Assembly (NCBI RefSeq): GCF_018350175.1 | Contig: NC_058377.1 | Span: forward strand, 57,536,001 to 57,600,000 | Length of the DNA stretch: 64,000 nt | From: Felis catus | Lineage: Eukaryota | Reading direction: 5' to 3' | Translations under genes and position numbers: made by a program | Part shown: positions 23,299-34,921 of the stretch, piece after piece | Numbering within the stretch: position 1 is the stretch's first letter | How the letters are laid out: the number at the start of each line of letters is the position of its first letter | The notes under the pieces: generated by a model | Seen by the model: only the letters and a program-made list of their open reading frames with translations | What the model was told of the DNA's origin: nothing | Database searches by the model: none

Positions 23299-24099
23299 AA
23301 AATGATAGCACTTCTTAAATACAACCTGAGATTCTGTGATAAGGGCCTCAGATATCCTGGAACAGATCTTTGTTTACAAGGGAGCAAGAGCTGGCCTCAG
23401 TTTATTATTAATTAGTCCAAGGTGGGAGGCTGTTAAAGAGGGCTCTGATAAGGACTCCCACAGAGTCCCTGAGAGGCTATTCTCTGCCACTGTCCACTCT
23501 GCTGCCCATAGCCTCCTGGTCCTCATTTTCCAGCTGCCCCTGGCTGCTTATCTTTTCTGGAGCCTGCAGTGTCATCAGCAAGAAAGTAATAGTGGGAGGG
23601 AGGGCCTGGTGGCCACAAGTGCAGGGTGTTCTGGGACATGAGGTACAGCTGGAAACAGTTGTGTGGGCATGTGGGGAGCTGTCGACACGTGTCGACACGT
23701 GGAAGGAAGAGGCATAAGCTGGGGTGAAGGAGAGAAAGTGGCATAGTAGATTCTAAGTCTGAGCTCTGCTGCTGGCTTCTCAGTGAGCCTGGGCAAGTCC
23801 CTTCCCCAAGCTGGCCTGGAAGAGACGGTTTGTGTGAGATGATTTCTCCAGTGACCACTGGCTTTAATATTTTGGATGCTACAATCTCATCTGACCCCAA
23901 CCACCACCGTATGGTGAAGAATGCATGCCAGGAACCGTACCCATTTTACAGCGAGGAAGCTATGGCCCAGCGCGGGGCAGTGACTTGCCCACCACCACAC
24001 AGCCACTTAGGGGCAAAGCCTTATTCCCCCAGCACCCAATGTTCAGCCTCGCCTTTTGATCAGTCTCAGGCTGGATAAACTGAAGCAAAGTGAGAGGCA

Positions 24100-24800
24100 T
24101 TTGGTCTCCCGTCCAGGAAGCAGGCGCTGCAAGAGACGGAAGGATCGGAGCCCTCCGCTGTGTAAGGCCAAGCAGCTGGGCGGGGGCGCCCTAAGTCAGC
24201 CAGAGTAGAAGTGGGTGTGCTGGGGCCGGGCGGGGCTGGGGGAGGAGGCGCCCTGGGGAAGGTTAAAGGGAGCAGAGCGCGGGTTGGGGCGCAGAGCCGA
24301 GGGGGCGCGCTGTGTGCTAACTGGCCACCCGAGCGCCAAGGGGTGCTGTGCGGAGGCACTGGGGAGCACAGAGTGCGGTGTCCTACCGACGGACGGGCGC
24401 CCCTCAGAGGCTTGCCGAGAGGCAGGTAAGGCGCACTAGCAGGGTCGGGAAAGCTGGGTTGCAGCTGAGGGTAGAAGTGAGGAGTCTTCCCGCTTCCCGG
24501 GAGAACGCCGACCCGAGGTGCGGAACGGCTCACGTACGGAGCTGATCCTCCCCAGACCCGAGCTGCAGGGATCCCGGGGCCCCACGTGGCGCGGAGCTGG
24601 GCTCCTGGCACACCCAGCCTGAAAACCATGGGGGCTTGCACCGGCATTCACAGGCCCCCGGACCGCGGCTCGGAAGCTCTTTCCACGTCCACAAATGTGC
24701 GTGCGAACACCGGCTGGTCCGCAGCGAGAGCACAAGCAGAAACACCCTTCGGGGACCCTGCGTGGTCTTTTTGCTCTGCCGGAGCTGACTTGCCCATTTG
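24100..24800. promoter_or_regulatory. KCNE3 CpG-island promoter
   Basis: CpG-rich tract with GGGCGG boxes (~24178-24183, 24228-24233), a TATA-like GGTTAAAGG at 24261-24269 and a consensus splice donor at 24425/24426. Confidence 0.8.
24270..24425 (+). other. KCNE3: KCNE3 exon 1 (5' UTR, non-coding; 5' boundary approximate)
   Basis: Consensus donor CAG|GTAAGG inside the CpG island. Fits the known KCNE3 structure of two 5'-UTR exons followed by one coding exon. Confidence 0.7.
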
Positions 24801-24957
24801 CTACTGCATTGTGTCCTGCGCCTGGGGACTTTCAAAGGCACACCTTCTGTTGCTAATAACAGAGGTCTACTACGTTGGGAGTCGGGAGACTGGAGTTCCA
24901 GTTTACAGGTTGTGTAAACCTGTGCAAGCCCCCTACCGGCTGTATGCCTTGTGCTTT

Positions 24958-25596
24958 TTTTTTTAACTTGTTTTATTTTTTTATTTTTTTAAACTTACAT
25001 CCAAATTAGTTAGCATATAGTGCAACAATGATTTCAGGAGTAGATTCCTTAGTGCCCCTTACCCATTTAGCCCATCCCCCTTCCCACAACCCCTGCAGTA
25101 ACCCTGTTTGTTCTCCGTATTTATGAGTCTCTTCTGTTTTGTCCCCCTCCCTGTTTTTATATTAGTTTTGTTTCCCTTCCCTTATGTTCCTCTGTTTTGT
25201 CTTAAAGTCCTCATATGAGTGAAGTCATATGATTTTTGTCTTTCTCTGACTGACTAATTTCACTGAGCATAATACCCTCCAGTTCCATCCACGTACTTGC
25301 AAATGGCACGATTTCATTCTTTTTGATTGCCGAGTAATACTCCATTGTATATGTATACCACATCTTCTTTATCCATTCATCCATCGATGGACATTTGGGC
25401 TCTTTCCATACTTTGGCTATTGTTGATAGTGCTGCTATAAACATGGGGGTGCATGTGTCCCTTTGAAACAGCACACCTGTATCCCTTGGATAAATGCCTA
25501 GTAGTGCAATTGCTGGGTTGTAGGGTAGTTCTATTTTTAGTTTTTTGAGGAACCTCCATACTGTTTTCCATAGTGGCTGCACCAGCTTGCATTCCC
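24958..25596 (-). mobile_element. Young 5'-truncated felid L1 in KCNE3 intron 1
   Basis: Perfect TSD ATGCCTTGTGCTTT at 24944-24957 and 25597-25610. Uninterrupted ORF2 C-terminal frame at 25211-25582 ([11 protein letters not shown]...EYYSAIKKNE...). Confidence 0.95.
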
Positions 25597-27121
25597 ATGC
25601 CTTGTGCTTTCTTTTCCTGGGTCACTACCTGTAGAATGGGCCTCTCCATCTTGTTGCCCCACACTCCGTGTGACATGAGGGGAAAGAGGTCTGGACCTGG
25701 GTGGGATTCTCTTATCTAGAAAGTAGATGAGTTCAGACAGACCCTTGTATGAAGGCCCATGAAGAGTATCTCCTCCTTTCCCTCCTCCCCATCTTCACCA
25801 ATTTGCATATGGGGAAACTGAGGCAGCAGGGAGATAGCTTGCCTAGGAACATACCAGGACCAGAGAGAAGCAAAACCCAAGCCTCCTCACTTCTAATCCA
25901 GGGCTCTCTCCACTTCACCTACAAACGTGCATTGTAAAAGTGTAAGGCCCTCATTTTGTAATGCCATCTATCAACTTTGGTGGTTCCAAATGGAGGAGAC
26001 CCCTGCCTGAGGCATGGAAACTGCTTTCATATTTTCTTGATTCCTAAGATGATAACCAACAACGTTCTTCATCCCTCACTCACTTCATACATCTCAAAAC
26101 ACATTTCTATCCATACACTGAATGAGCAGGTGCTCAAAATACCTACTGAGAAGGAATTAAGGCAAAACCCCCATCTTACTGATGGGGAACATGAGGCCCA
26201 GAGTGGAGCCGTCACTTCACTGAGACACACAGCTAGACACAGCCAAATAGGGGCAGGTCTCTTGATTCCAATTCCTGTGTGTTCTCCATTAACTATAGGA
26301 CTACCAAATGGTACCCCTCAATTGAAAGGGACTACAGGGCTGATCAGAGTATGAGAAACAAGGAAGGCTTCTGAAGGAGGAAAGTGTGTCAAGAATCAAG
26401 AAGAGTAATAAGAACCTGTTGACTTCTTCAGAAGATAGAGAACTAAGGCAGCAGGCGTGGGGCAACACTTGGTAATCTGGAGGTGGGGGTAGAAAAACGG
26501 AAAAGAAAACCAGGTGACCCGACTGCCCCATCATTGTCTCTTATGTTTCTATAATACTTGGCAATTTCTAAAACACCTTCCTCTGTTGTCTCCTCCAGTT
26601 CCCATGTGAGGTAAACAGGGCAGGGATAATTATCCCCATCTCATACATGAGTTTCAGAGGAAATAAATGCAGTGCTCAAGGTCACATACCCAAGCATACA
26701 GCCAAGATTGGAACCATGAAACGCACACATGAAAGGCAAAATCACAGGCTGGGTGACTGGAAATTGGACTGTGTGTGTGCAGTGGTTGGGTGTGTGTGGC
26801 CACACCCTGAGTAGGTACACAGGGAAGAGGGTGGCAAAGCCACTGCTAGTGTTTTGGGGCCAAGAATGTTTGCCCTTTGGATTGAATGCGATTCAGGTGC
26901 AGGGAACATCTGGGCTTTCAAAGAAGTCTTAGAATTCCTTCTCCTCTGAGTCACTTCCCCACCTGACTGAGACACCTTCTTTTCTTTGAGCCACCCCTTC
27001 CCCAGACCAAATCAAATATGTTTTGGCCTGCTCTTGCTTTTTAAGTACTGTAAGCTGTTTTCATGAATGTCTATGTGTGTACTGGGTAGGGGATGGTCTA
27101 ATAAGAAATGGCATTGATTCT

Positions 27122-27344
27122 TTTTTTTTAATCAATTTTTAAAATGTTTAGTTATTTGTTTTGAGAGATAAAGGGAGAGAGAACACAAGCAGGGGAGGGA
27201 CAGAGAGAAAGGGAAAGAGAAAATCCCAAGCAGGCTCCACACTGTCAGTGCAGAGCCTGATGCAGGGCTCGAACCCACAAACCATGAGATCATGACCTCA
27301 ATCAAGAGTCAGATGCTTAACCAACTGAGCCACCCAGGTGCCCC
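27122..27344 (-). mobile_element. CAN-SINE (older subfamily) in KCNE3 intron 1
   Basis: ATCAAGAGTCAGATGCTTAACC...CCAGGTGCCCC; flanked by TGATTC. Confidence 0.9.
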
Positions 27345-30300
27345 TGATTCATTTATTCTTGAGTGCCTACTATGTGCTTGGGCCCAGGGCATAAAGAAGT
27401 ATATGAGGCACAGGTCCCTGCCCTCACACCTCACAGCACATAGTTTAGCATACATATCTACATATATCGATACCTATACACACATACACTTTTAGTACAG
27501 CATAGTGCTCTAATAGGGTTTTATGCAAAGCACTTTAGGAACAGACAAGAGGGAAAGACTAATTGGCTAGGGAGTGGGGAAGGGGGTCTCTCAGGAGGGG
27601 GTCTATAGAGGTGACATTAGAGCTGGGTCTTTAAGGATGAGTAGGAGTTCACCAGGAAGGTAAAAAGAGGAAGGAAACTCCTCTGCCTAAGAAAACAGCA
27701 TAAGCAAAGGCAAGAGGTGTGCAAATGTGAGGAATGTTTGGAGAATGGTCTGTAACTCAGTACCAGTTGGCACAGGGAACTGGGGAGAGTCAGGGTCATA
27801 TCCAAAGAAGCTTCAATGACAATCTGAGAAGGTTAGACTTTCCTACAGGCAACGGGGAACTGACACTAGAAAGGTCCGTGGATGTGAAGCCAATTTGTGA
27901 TCCCAGTTCATGGGGCTGTGAGACCTTGTGCAAGTGGTTTCCTCAGGGAGGGGGTGCTCTATTTTCCTGTTTGGATGGGGATTGTACTAACAGCATAAGT
28001 ATTAAGATCCCTTTCAGCTCAGATTCTATCTCTGTCTCCTTCCAACTCTTTGTTAAGGTCCATACCTTGAACTCCTCCTCCCACTCCACTGGCTTCCCAG
28101 TCCATGTGGTGATAAGATTGCCAGAGGGACCAATGGCAAAATTGTGTGGTCCCAGGGATTGTCTTTGGATCTCCATCTGCTTTGTGTGACTTTTTCCCCC
28201 TCACCTCTCTTTACCACATTTCTAAACACTTAAGATGTTCACTCTGAAAGAGTAGCTAAAACAGAGCAGTGGGAAAACCAAAAGAACCGATGGCGGAGTT
28301 TCATTTTTCCCCAGAGAAACCTGAAAGAAAACCTAAGATGCCCAGTTCATCCTTCAGATGACAGCTTTACAGCTCCACCCCCAGGTTAGACACCTTTGAG
28401 TTCTAACTCTCAGGGATGGGGAGTTGGGGGATGAGGTACCTGGCTGGCTCAGTTGGAGCATGTGACTGGAGTTCAAGCCCCATGTTGGGCATAGAGCTTA
28501 CTTAAAAAACAAACAAACAAACAAACAAAACATTTAGGAAGAATCTGTTAAGGTGCAGGAAATAGAAATAGCAATAGAGTGTGGAAGAAGAGAGTGAGCC
28601 TGGCGTTTTGGGGGATCAGGAGTGGGTCTAGAGCAGGAAGGACCATAGGAGATGAGATTATAAAAGAAGGTTAACTCCCCGTCCAAAACATGCCAACATC
28701 CACCGCCCCCCCATCCCTACTAGATCCTCGACTGGTGAGAATCTGCAGTACAGGAAAAAGTATGGAATTAGAGGATATGATGCTACAGGACACGAGAAGA
28801 CTGTGTTCCATATGATGCACAACTCAGATGCCAGGGAATGTTGCCATTGGTAGTGGAAAGAGCACGTTAACAGCACATGCCCCCAAAGACCTCGGTCCTG
28901 ATCAGAGCTCTGCCCGTCACTAGTCGTGTCATTTTGGGCAAGTCACCCTCCCTCTCAGAGCTTCCATTTCCCCATCTACAAAATGGAGGCCTTGGCCTAG
29001 AATCTAGATTCTAAATAATCTTTACAATCTCTTTCAGCATGGTCAGTTCCTATTAACTGGTCTATCTTCTGTTTCAAGTTAAGAACTCTCCGGAGCAGAG
29101 CTCTATCTGCCCCATTATGAACTTTATAATCAGTGACTGTCTTGACAAGGGAAACCAAGGAGCTCAGAAAGAGGAACAAAATTCTCATTGTTGCCAACTG
29201 CCAATCCTTGGACCTAGAGGCAGTTCACAGAGAACCAACCCATTCTTTATCAGCTTTCTGTCTCTCCTGACCCAGCAATGCCCTTGCACCCAGGCCCTCA
29301 TTCCTACCCCAACCCAGTACCTAAAGATAATGTAAGAGTGACTTCTTTGCTTCCCCTGTCAGAACCACAAACTTCCAGGTCTATCCAGAGGCCCCAGAAG
29401 GAGGATCTGAGGGATCAATGATTTCATGAACTTTTACTGCCCTCACTGAACCCTGCATTGGAGCCCACCCCATCCCCCACACTGTCCGTCCACCCTCATT
29501 TTCTGCACAGAGTCTCCCTCCTTCCCTGGCTAGATCACCTGGACAGATGAACTGTTAAGAAAAAAAGCCAAAGTCAACTGACTTGACTCTCAGTTCATCT
29601 AGGCAGGAATATTCAGTGTAACTTAGTCCTTGTCTCAGGTACATCTTTAATCTGTGAGAAAAAAGTCTGCAGCCTTCCTTATCTTGTGATTCAGGGGCTC
29701 TAAAAAGACCCCAAAATACCTCTCCCACCAACCTGTCCAATCTCCCATAATCTCACAGTGTGGTTTTGTGATTTGTACCTTTGTGGGATGTTAGAGCTTA
29801 CTGCAACCTTGCCAGATTACATAAAGTGCCTTCATTTTATAGATGCAGACAGAAGCTGAGGCCCAGAAAAGGGAAGTCACATGCCCAAAGTCACACAAGT
29901 AGCAACTGAACCAAGACAGCTCCTTGGGTTTCCATTTCCTTAACTGTAAGATGAGGGAGGTTAACTAAAGGTTAGACTAAATGGCCTCTGAAGGTCCCGC
30001 CAGCCTCTGCTCTGCAAAAATAAAACCGTCACCACTCCTGTGCGGCACCTGGTACCAGACGCTGCAATTTTCTTCTTTAATTTTCACAATGAGTTTTGCT
30101 ACAGATAGTGCTGATGCTGTGACCATGTATTACCCAGTCTCTCCAAATAGGTTCATTGGAAACATCATTTGTGTCTATGTAAAATATCAACCCACTGCCA
30201 GCTGCCACCCTGCCACACACATCATTCCCTTGGGGCTCAGGCTCTTTGAACCTTTTAGAGACTTCTGTTAAGATACCTGTACCCTTAGGAAAGGGAATAT

Positions 30301-30639
30301 TTTAGTCTGCACTATTGGCAGCTCCCCGAGCAGGAGTCCACATGTTAAACTGAGGTTTTATCACAAAGTCACCCAGTAGAGACATCGCGGGCCTGAGGTT
30401 GGGGGACAGCAATCAGATGTCCCTTAGCCACTGCACAGTTCCTGTAACTGCAACCCTAGGCTGGTCTGACCCAGCTGCTGCATAAAGGGGAGGGGAAGTG
30501 GGGGGGGGGGTTGGTTAGTGCCCACAGCAAAGCTATTGCACAACCCTCGGGGCCCCAGCCTTAGGAGATCCACCCTGGTTCTGAAGATTTTTCTGTGTGT
30601 CTGATTTCTTCCTTCTCTGCCTCCTCCCCTGTTTTCCAG

Positions 30640-30794
30640 CACTGGGCCTTTCCTTCTCGGCTCTCAGTGTCAACACTGAGACCCCAGATGTGTCCAGAGA
30701 CACCCTGAAGAAGCTGAGGGGCAGGGGAGCCTTAGGGCACCCACAGGGAGATTTCTGAAGCTGATTCAGAGCCAGAGAATTTGCCTACTATTTG
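30640..30794 (+). other. KCNE3: KCNE3 exon 2 (5' UTR, 155 nt)
   Basis: Long polypyrimidine tract ending TTTTCCAG| at 30639 and donor TTG|GTGAGT at 30794/30795. Size and sequence resemble the human KCNE3 5' UTR as I recall it. Confidence 0.8.
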
Positions 30795-31691
30795 GTGAGT
30801 CTTCCAGATATAGGTTCCCCTTCCTCTGCCCTGTCAGTTAAAACTACTTTGCAAAGGATTTCTAAGAAAACTGGTAACAGTGACTGCTCCGGGAAAGAGT
30901 CCTGGACCACTGGGAATAGGGAGACTTCGTCTTCACTGTATGTACTGTGTATACATACTTACTAGATTGAAACATTTTTTTCACCATAATAAAAGTGTAT
31001 GCTCAAGCAAGCCTGGAGGGAGGCAGGACAGGGATAATAAATAGTCTTTTGTTGTTGTTTTTAATCATGGTTTAAAAAATACATGAAATTTACTATTTTA
31101 ACTATTTTTAAGTATACAGCTCAGTATCATTAACTGTATTCACATCGTTGTGCAACAGATCTCTAGAACTTTTTCATCTTGCAAAATTGAAACTCAACCC
31201 ATTGAATAACTCCCGATGATAATCATTTCGACAGATGAGAAAACTAAAGCCAGAACATGGCAAGAAGCCCATTTCTTTCAAAGTGGGATCCTCCAGGCAC
31301 TCCATCTATCTGTTATCTGCCTGTAAAACTGCCCAAGGCCCCTTCTTCCCTAAGCCATTCCCCACATACCTCTCACAAATCACATCTGTGAGATCTTAAC
31401 TCCTGCCCCCACCTTGTCATCCCCATGGTCCCAGCTCAGGACTCAGTGTCTTCTGCCTGAACTATTTCAGGACCCTTGTCATTAGGCTCCCTGCCTCAAT
31501 TCTTGCCTCCTCCAGTCCATATGGCAGCCCGACTGTCCTTTCAAAGCATAGATCTCATCACTGTATTCCCTTTTAAAATACTGTTCCATGGCTCTTCCCC
31601 AACTACAGGATAAAGTTCCAGCTCTGCAGCCTGGCACTCAAGGCTCTCCATGATCTACTTCAGAGAAGTCTCTCTCTATTCCACGGTCTAC

Positions 31692-31918
31692 GTTGTTGTT
31701 TTTTTTTTTAATTTAAATTTTAATGTTTGTTTTTGAGAGAAAGAGACAGAAAACGAGCAGGGGAGGGGCAGAGAGAGAGGGAGACACAGAATCCAAAGCA
31801 GGCTCCAGGCTCTAAGCTGTCAGCACAGAGCTCAACGTGGGGCTTGAGCTCATGAACCATGAGACTGTGACCTGAGCTGGAGTCAGCTGCTTAACCGACC
31901 GAGCCACCCAGGTGCCCC
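31692..31918 (-). mobile_element. CAN-SINE in KCNE3 intron 2
   Basis: Poly-T, (GA)n tract and body ending CCAGGTGCCCC. Confidence 0.9.
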
Positions 31919-34027
31919 TCTTCTAAACATTCTTGTTGTCATGCTTGTTTACCTCTTTGCTTTTCTTGCCTTCTCTACTTCCTAAAAGCCCTTCAAGGTC
32001 CAATTCAAATGCCTCCGTCACTGAATACTCTCTGAGCCTTGATCAGAATTCGTCCCTTCTTTCTCTAAGCCCCAGTAGCCCTTGGCTTGTTGCCTTCATA
32101 ATATATCAGCTGGCAATGTCCCTAAGTTCAGGGACTGTGTTTCATCCTCCCCAAGCTCCCAGCATGAGGCCCTGACTGGCTGAATGATGAGTTGAGCCAT
32201 TAATTTCATTGTGCTGCTCCTGCTTTCCATTGGTCCATACAAGGGAAGAAGAAGGCACAAATTTCTTACCTGACAATTGAGGTCGTAGATGAGAATCTCT
32301 GCCTTCTGGATCTTAACTCCACGAGCCCTTGTTCTCTTTCCCTCCTCCATCCAGACAAGGTAGTTCAAGTACTACTTACCAGGGAGCCCCAAAGGCCTTG
32401 CACGAAATGTAGGTCAGTCCTGGGTGATTGCTGTACTATTTAAATTCTTCCCCCTAACTTCTTCATTCATAGAGTTGTTCATGAATATTGATCATGATCA
32501 TAACAGTCATCTTTTGTTTGGAAGAGACCATATGTAATATTCAAGTTTGTTAGTTTCAGTTAGGTTGACAGATCTACCTAGATAAAGGAGGGCTTTGGAA
32601 CCAGTTAGTGAACTCTGAGTGATTGGCCTGTGGAAAAGTCCCTAAAATAGCCATTTTTACTGGAGACTATTGAAGGAAGAACAGCCAGCCAGTTACTAGG
32701 TAGAACCCTGGGGAAACACAACACCCAGCCAGTCTCAGGGTAATCCCCTAGACTTGAGGGAGAGATACAGTCCTGCTGACCAGGAGCATGTGGTCTGCTA
32801 ATACCCTTATCAATAACAAGAGAATAGCCACACAGTGCCTTACATGTAAGTGCTGGTCAAAAGGGAGGGCTGCAACAATAAAGCTTGTGGAATATGGTTA
32901 AAGTATAGAGAGGACTCAATGAAGTCTTCCTGAAAGAAGTGAGTGTGGATGGAGCCTTGCTTAAAGAGAATGACATGATTTTTCAGAGATTAGGATACAA
33001 AGTTGTCTTTGGATGTTTTTCTATATTATGGACTAAGGATCTCTAAGAAGAAGGGGAAGGAACATTTATTATATACCAGGTACACAGTGACTTTGTGTCA
33101 GAAGGCAGGAGAGTTGAGGTGCCTGTCTCTTCCCTCTCTGGGGTAGGAAAACTCCAAACCAGACTGAGTGTTCCTTTCACACCCCTGCCCTCAGGTTCAA
33201 CCCTGTCCTTCTTTTCCCTGGTGTCTGCAGTGGTTATCAGCCTCTCCCTGTTTCCCCCACCGCCTCTTTTCCAACAGAATTTCCCCTAAATAGCTAGCAA
33301 TACCTAGAGCATTTGGGACATAATGTGCTTAAGAGATCAAATGACCCAGCCTCTGGCCTCCAGGTAGGGTGAAATTTAAGCCATCCCCAAACTTCTTGTA
33401 AATGCTGTCCATGGAATATAAAAAAAACTGTGCTGAAGGAGGGCTCTGGGTAATGTCTTCTGATGGTGCCACACAGTCCTGCCGAGAGCTGGCCCAGGAG
33501 CCAAAGGAGCTGTAAGCCGGCCATCACAGAGAGGGACTCTGTCTTGGCTCTACTTCCAATATTCTCTGTGATCATGGACAGGCCACTTAATTCTCTCTGG
33601 GCCTCAGCTTCCCTTTGTATAAAAATGGAAGGAATTAGAGTAAATAATCCCTAAAGCCCTTGTAGCCTAAAGCTCGGTGATTTATAGAATCAAAAAAAAA
33701 AAAAAAAGATTAATATGGGTTACAATGGTTGAGGAAGGCTTTATTTCACAAGTATTTATTGAGCACCTACTGGGTGCTGTCTTAAGTGCTTGCATATAGC
33801 AGTTAGTAAAACAGACATAGTCCCTGCCTTCATTGACCTGGCAGTCTAGTGGAGAAGACAGACAAGTAAACAAATAGGTAGAATAAACTGTGATGTTGGG
33901 ATTTTCGCTGGGGTTTGAGGGAGTCGGGATGGAATTCAAGCTGCAGATGACAGAAGCTATCCCCTTTCTCTTTTCTGTCACCAACAGAGCGTCCTCCAGT
34001 TCTTTGCCCACTGCAATCCCTATTGCT

Positions 34028-34327
34028 ATGGAGACCACCAACGGGACTGAGACTTGGTACAAAAGCCTGCACGCTGTGCTGAAGGCTCTAAATGCCACTA
34101 TTCACAGCAACCTGCTCTGCCGGCCAGGGCCAGACAACCTGACAGAGAAGCGGCGGGCCAGCCTACCTGGCCGTGATGACAACTCCTACATGTACATTCT
34201 CTTTGTCATGTTTCTATTTGCTGTCACTGTGGGCAGCCTCATCCTGGGATATACCCGCTCCCGTAAAGTGGACAAGCGCAGTGACCCCTATCACGTGTAC
34301 ATCAAGAACCGTGTGTCTATGATCTGA
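34028..34327 (+). CDS. KCNE3: Potassium voltage-gated channel subfamily E regulatory subunit 3 (MiRP2), 99 aa
   Basis: METTNGTETWY...RDDNSYMYILFVMFLFAVTVGSLILGYTRSRKVDKRSDPYHVYIKNRVSMI. Single TM helix with the TVG triplet, KCNE signature RSRK...SDPYHVYI, and sequons N5, N22, N37. Kozak context GCTATGG. Acceptor CCAACAG| at 33987 lies 40 nt before the ATG. Confidence 0.98.
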   Translation: METTNGTETWYKSLHAVLKALNATIHSNLLCRPGPDNLTEKRRASLPGRDDNSYMYILFVMFLFAVTVGSLILGYTRSRKVDKRSDPYHVYIKNRVSMI

Positions 34328-34921
34328 TGCTAGGGGGCCAGGAATGGCAGAATATCAAGACACCAGAACTCAGTGCTGAACCACATCAGGCCTCAGTGTC
34401 CCCATCTATAAGATCAACAAGAGAAAGGGCTAGAAGAAATCGTTAGGGTGGGAGGAGAGGGGCTGGGAGACCTGGGCCTTGCGGATAAAGATTTTTTTTT
34501 CCAGCAAAAGCAGACTTTTGGGAGCCCCATGAACAAATATATAGAAGTAGCAAAAGATAGTAACCACTACTGGTCCAGTGGCTGGAGTACTGGGAGCTAG
34601 GAGCTGGAGGCTGGAGGAAGGAGAAAAGGAAGTTGTAGCAGAAGCAAATAAAACGGGAAGATGCACGGAGGACATGTTTTTTGATGTGTTATCTTCAATG
34701 ACCATGAAAAGCAGCAGTGATTACCATATCACAGATAAGAAATGAGTAACGTTACTTATTTATATTTGTTCACATTTTATATTTTTCCAGACATTTAACA
34801 TTTGTGATTTTACCCCCTGTGAGGGAAGCAAATTAAGTACCATTCTGCCCATCTGGGCCAGAGTAGTGCCATAGCTGGAATGTAGGAGCTCTGGTTTCCT
34901 TGACTAGTGCTTTTTAAACAC

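Noticed and set aside
24295-24310. CTCF-like GCCGAGGGGGCGC in KCNE3 exon 1
   Set aside because: Only the 3' half matches the consensus; expected by chance in a CpG island.
24066-24966. Several 65-193-aa ORFs on both strands in the KCNE3 CpG island
   Set aside because: GC-content artefact; no homology I recognise.
25211-25582. Intact-looking 123-aa ORF
   Set aside because: C-terminal fragment of L1 ORF2 in a 5'-truncated copy with no promoter, endonuclease or RT.
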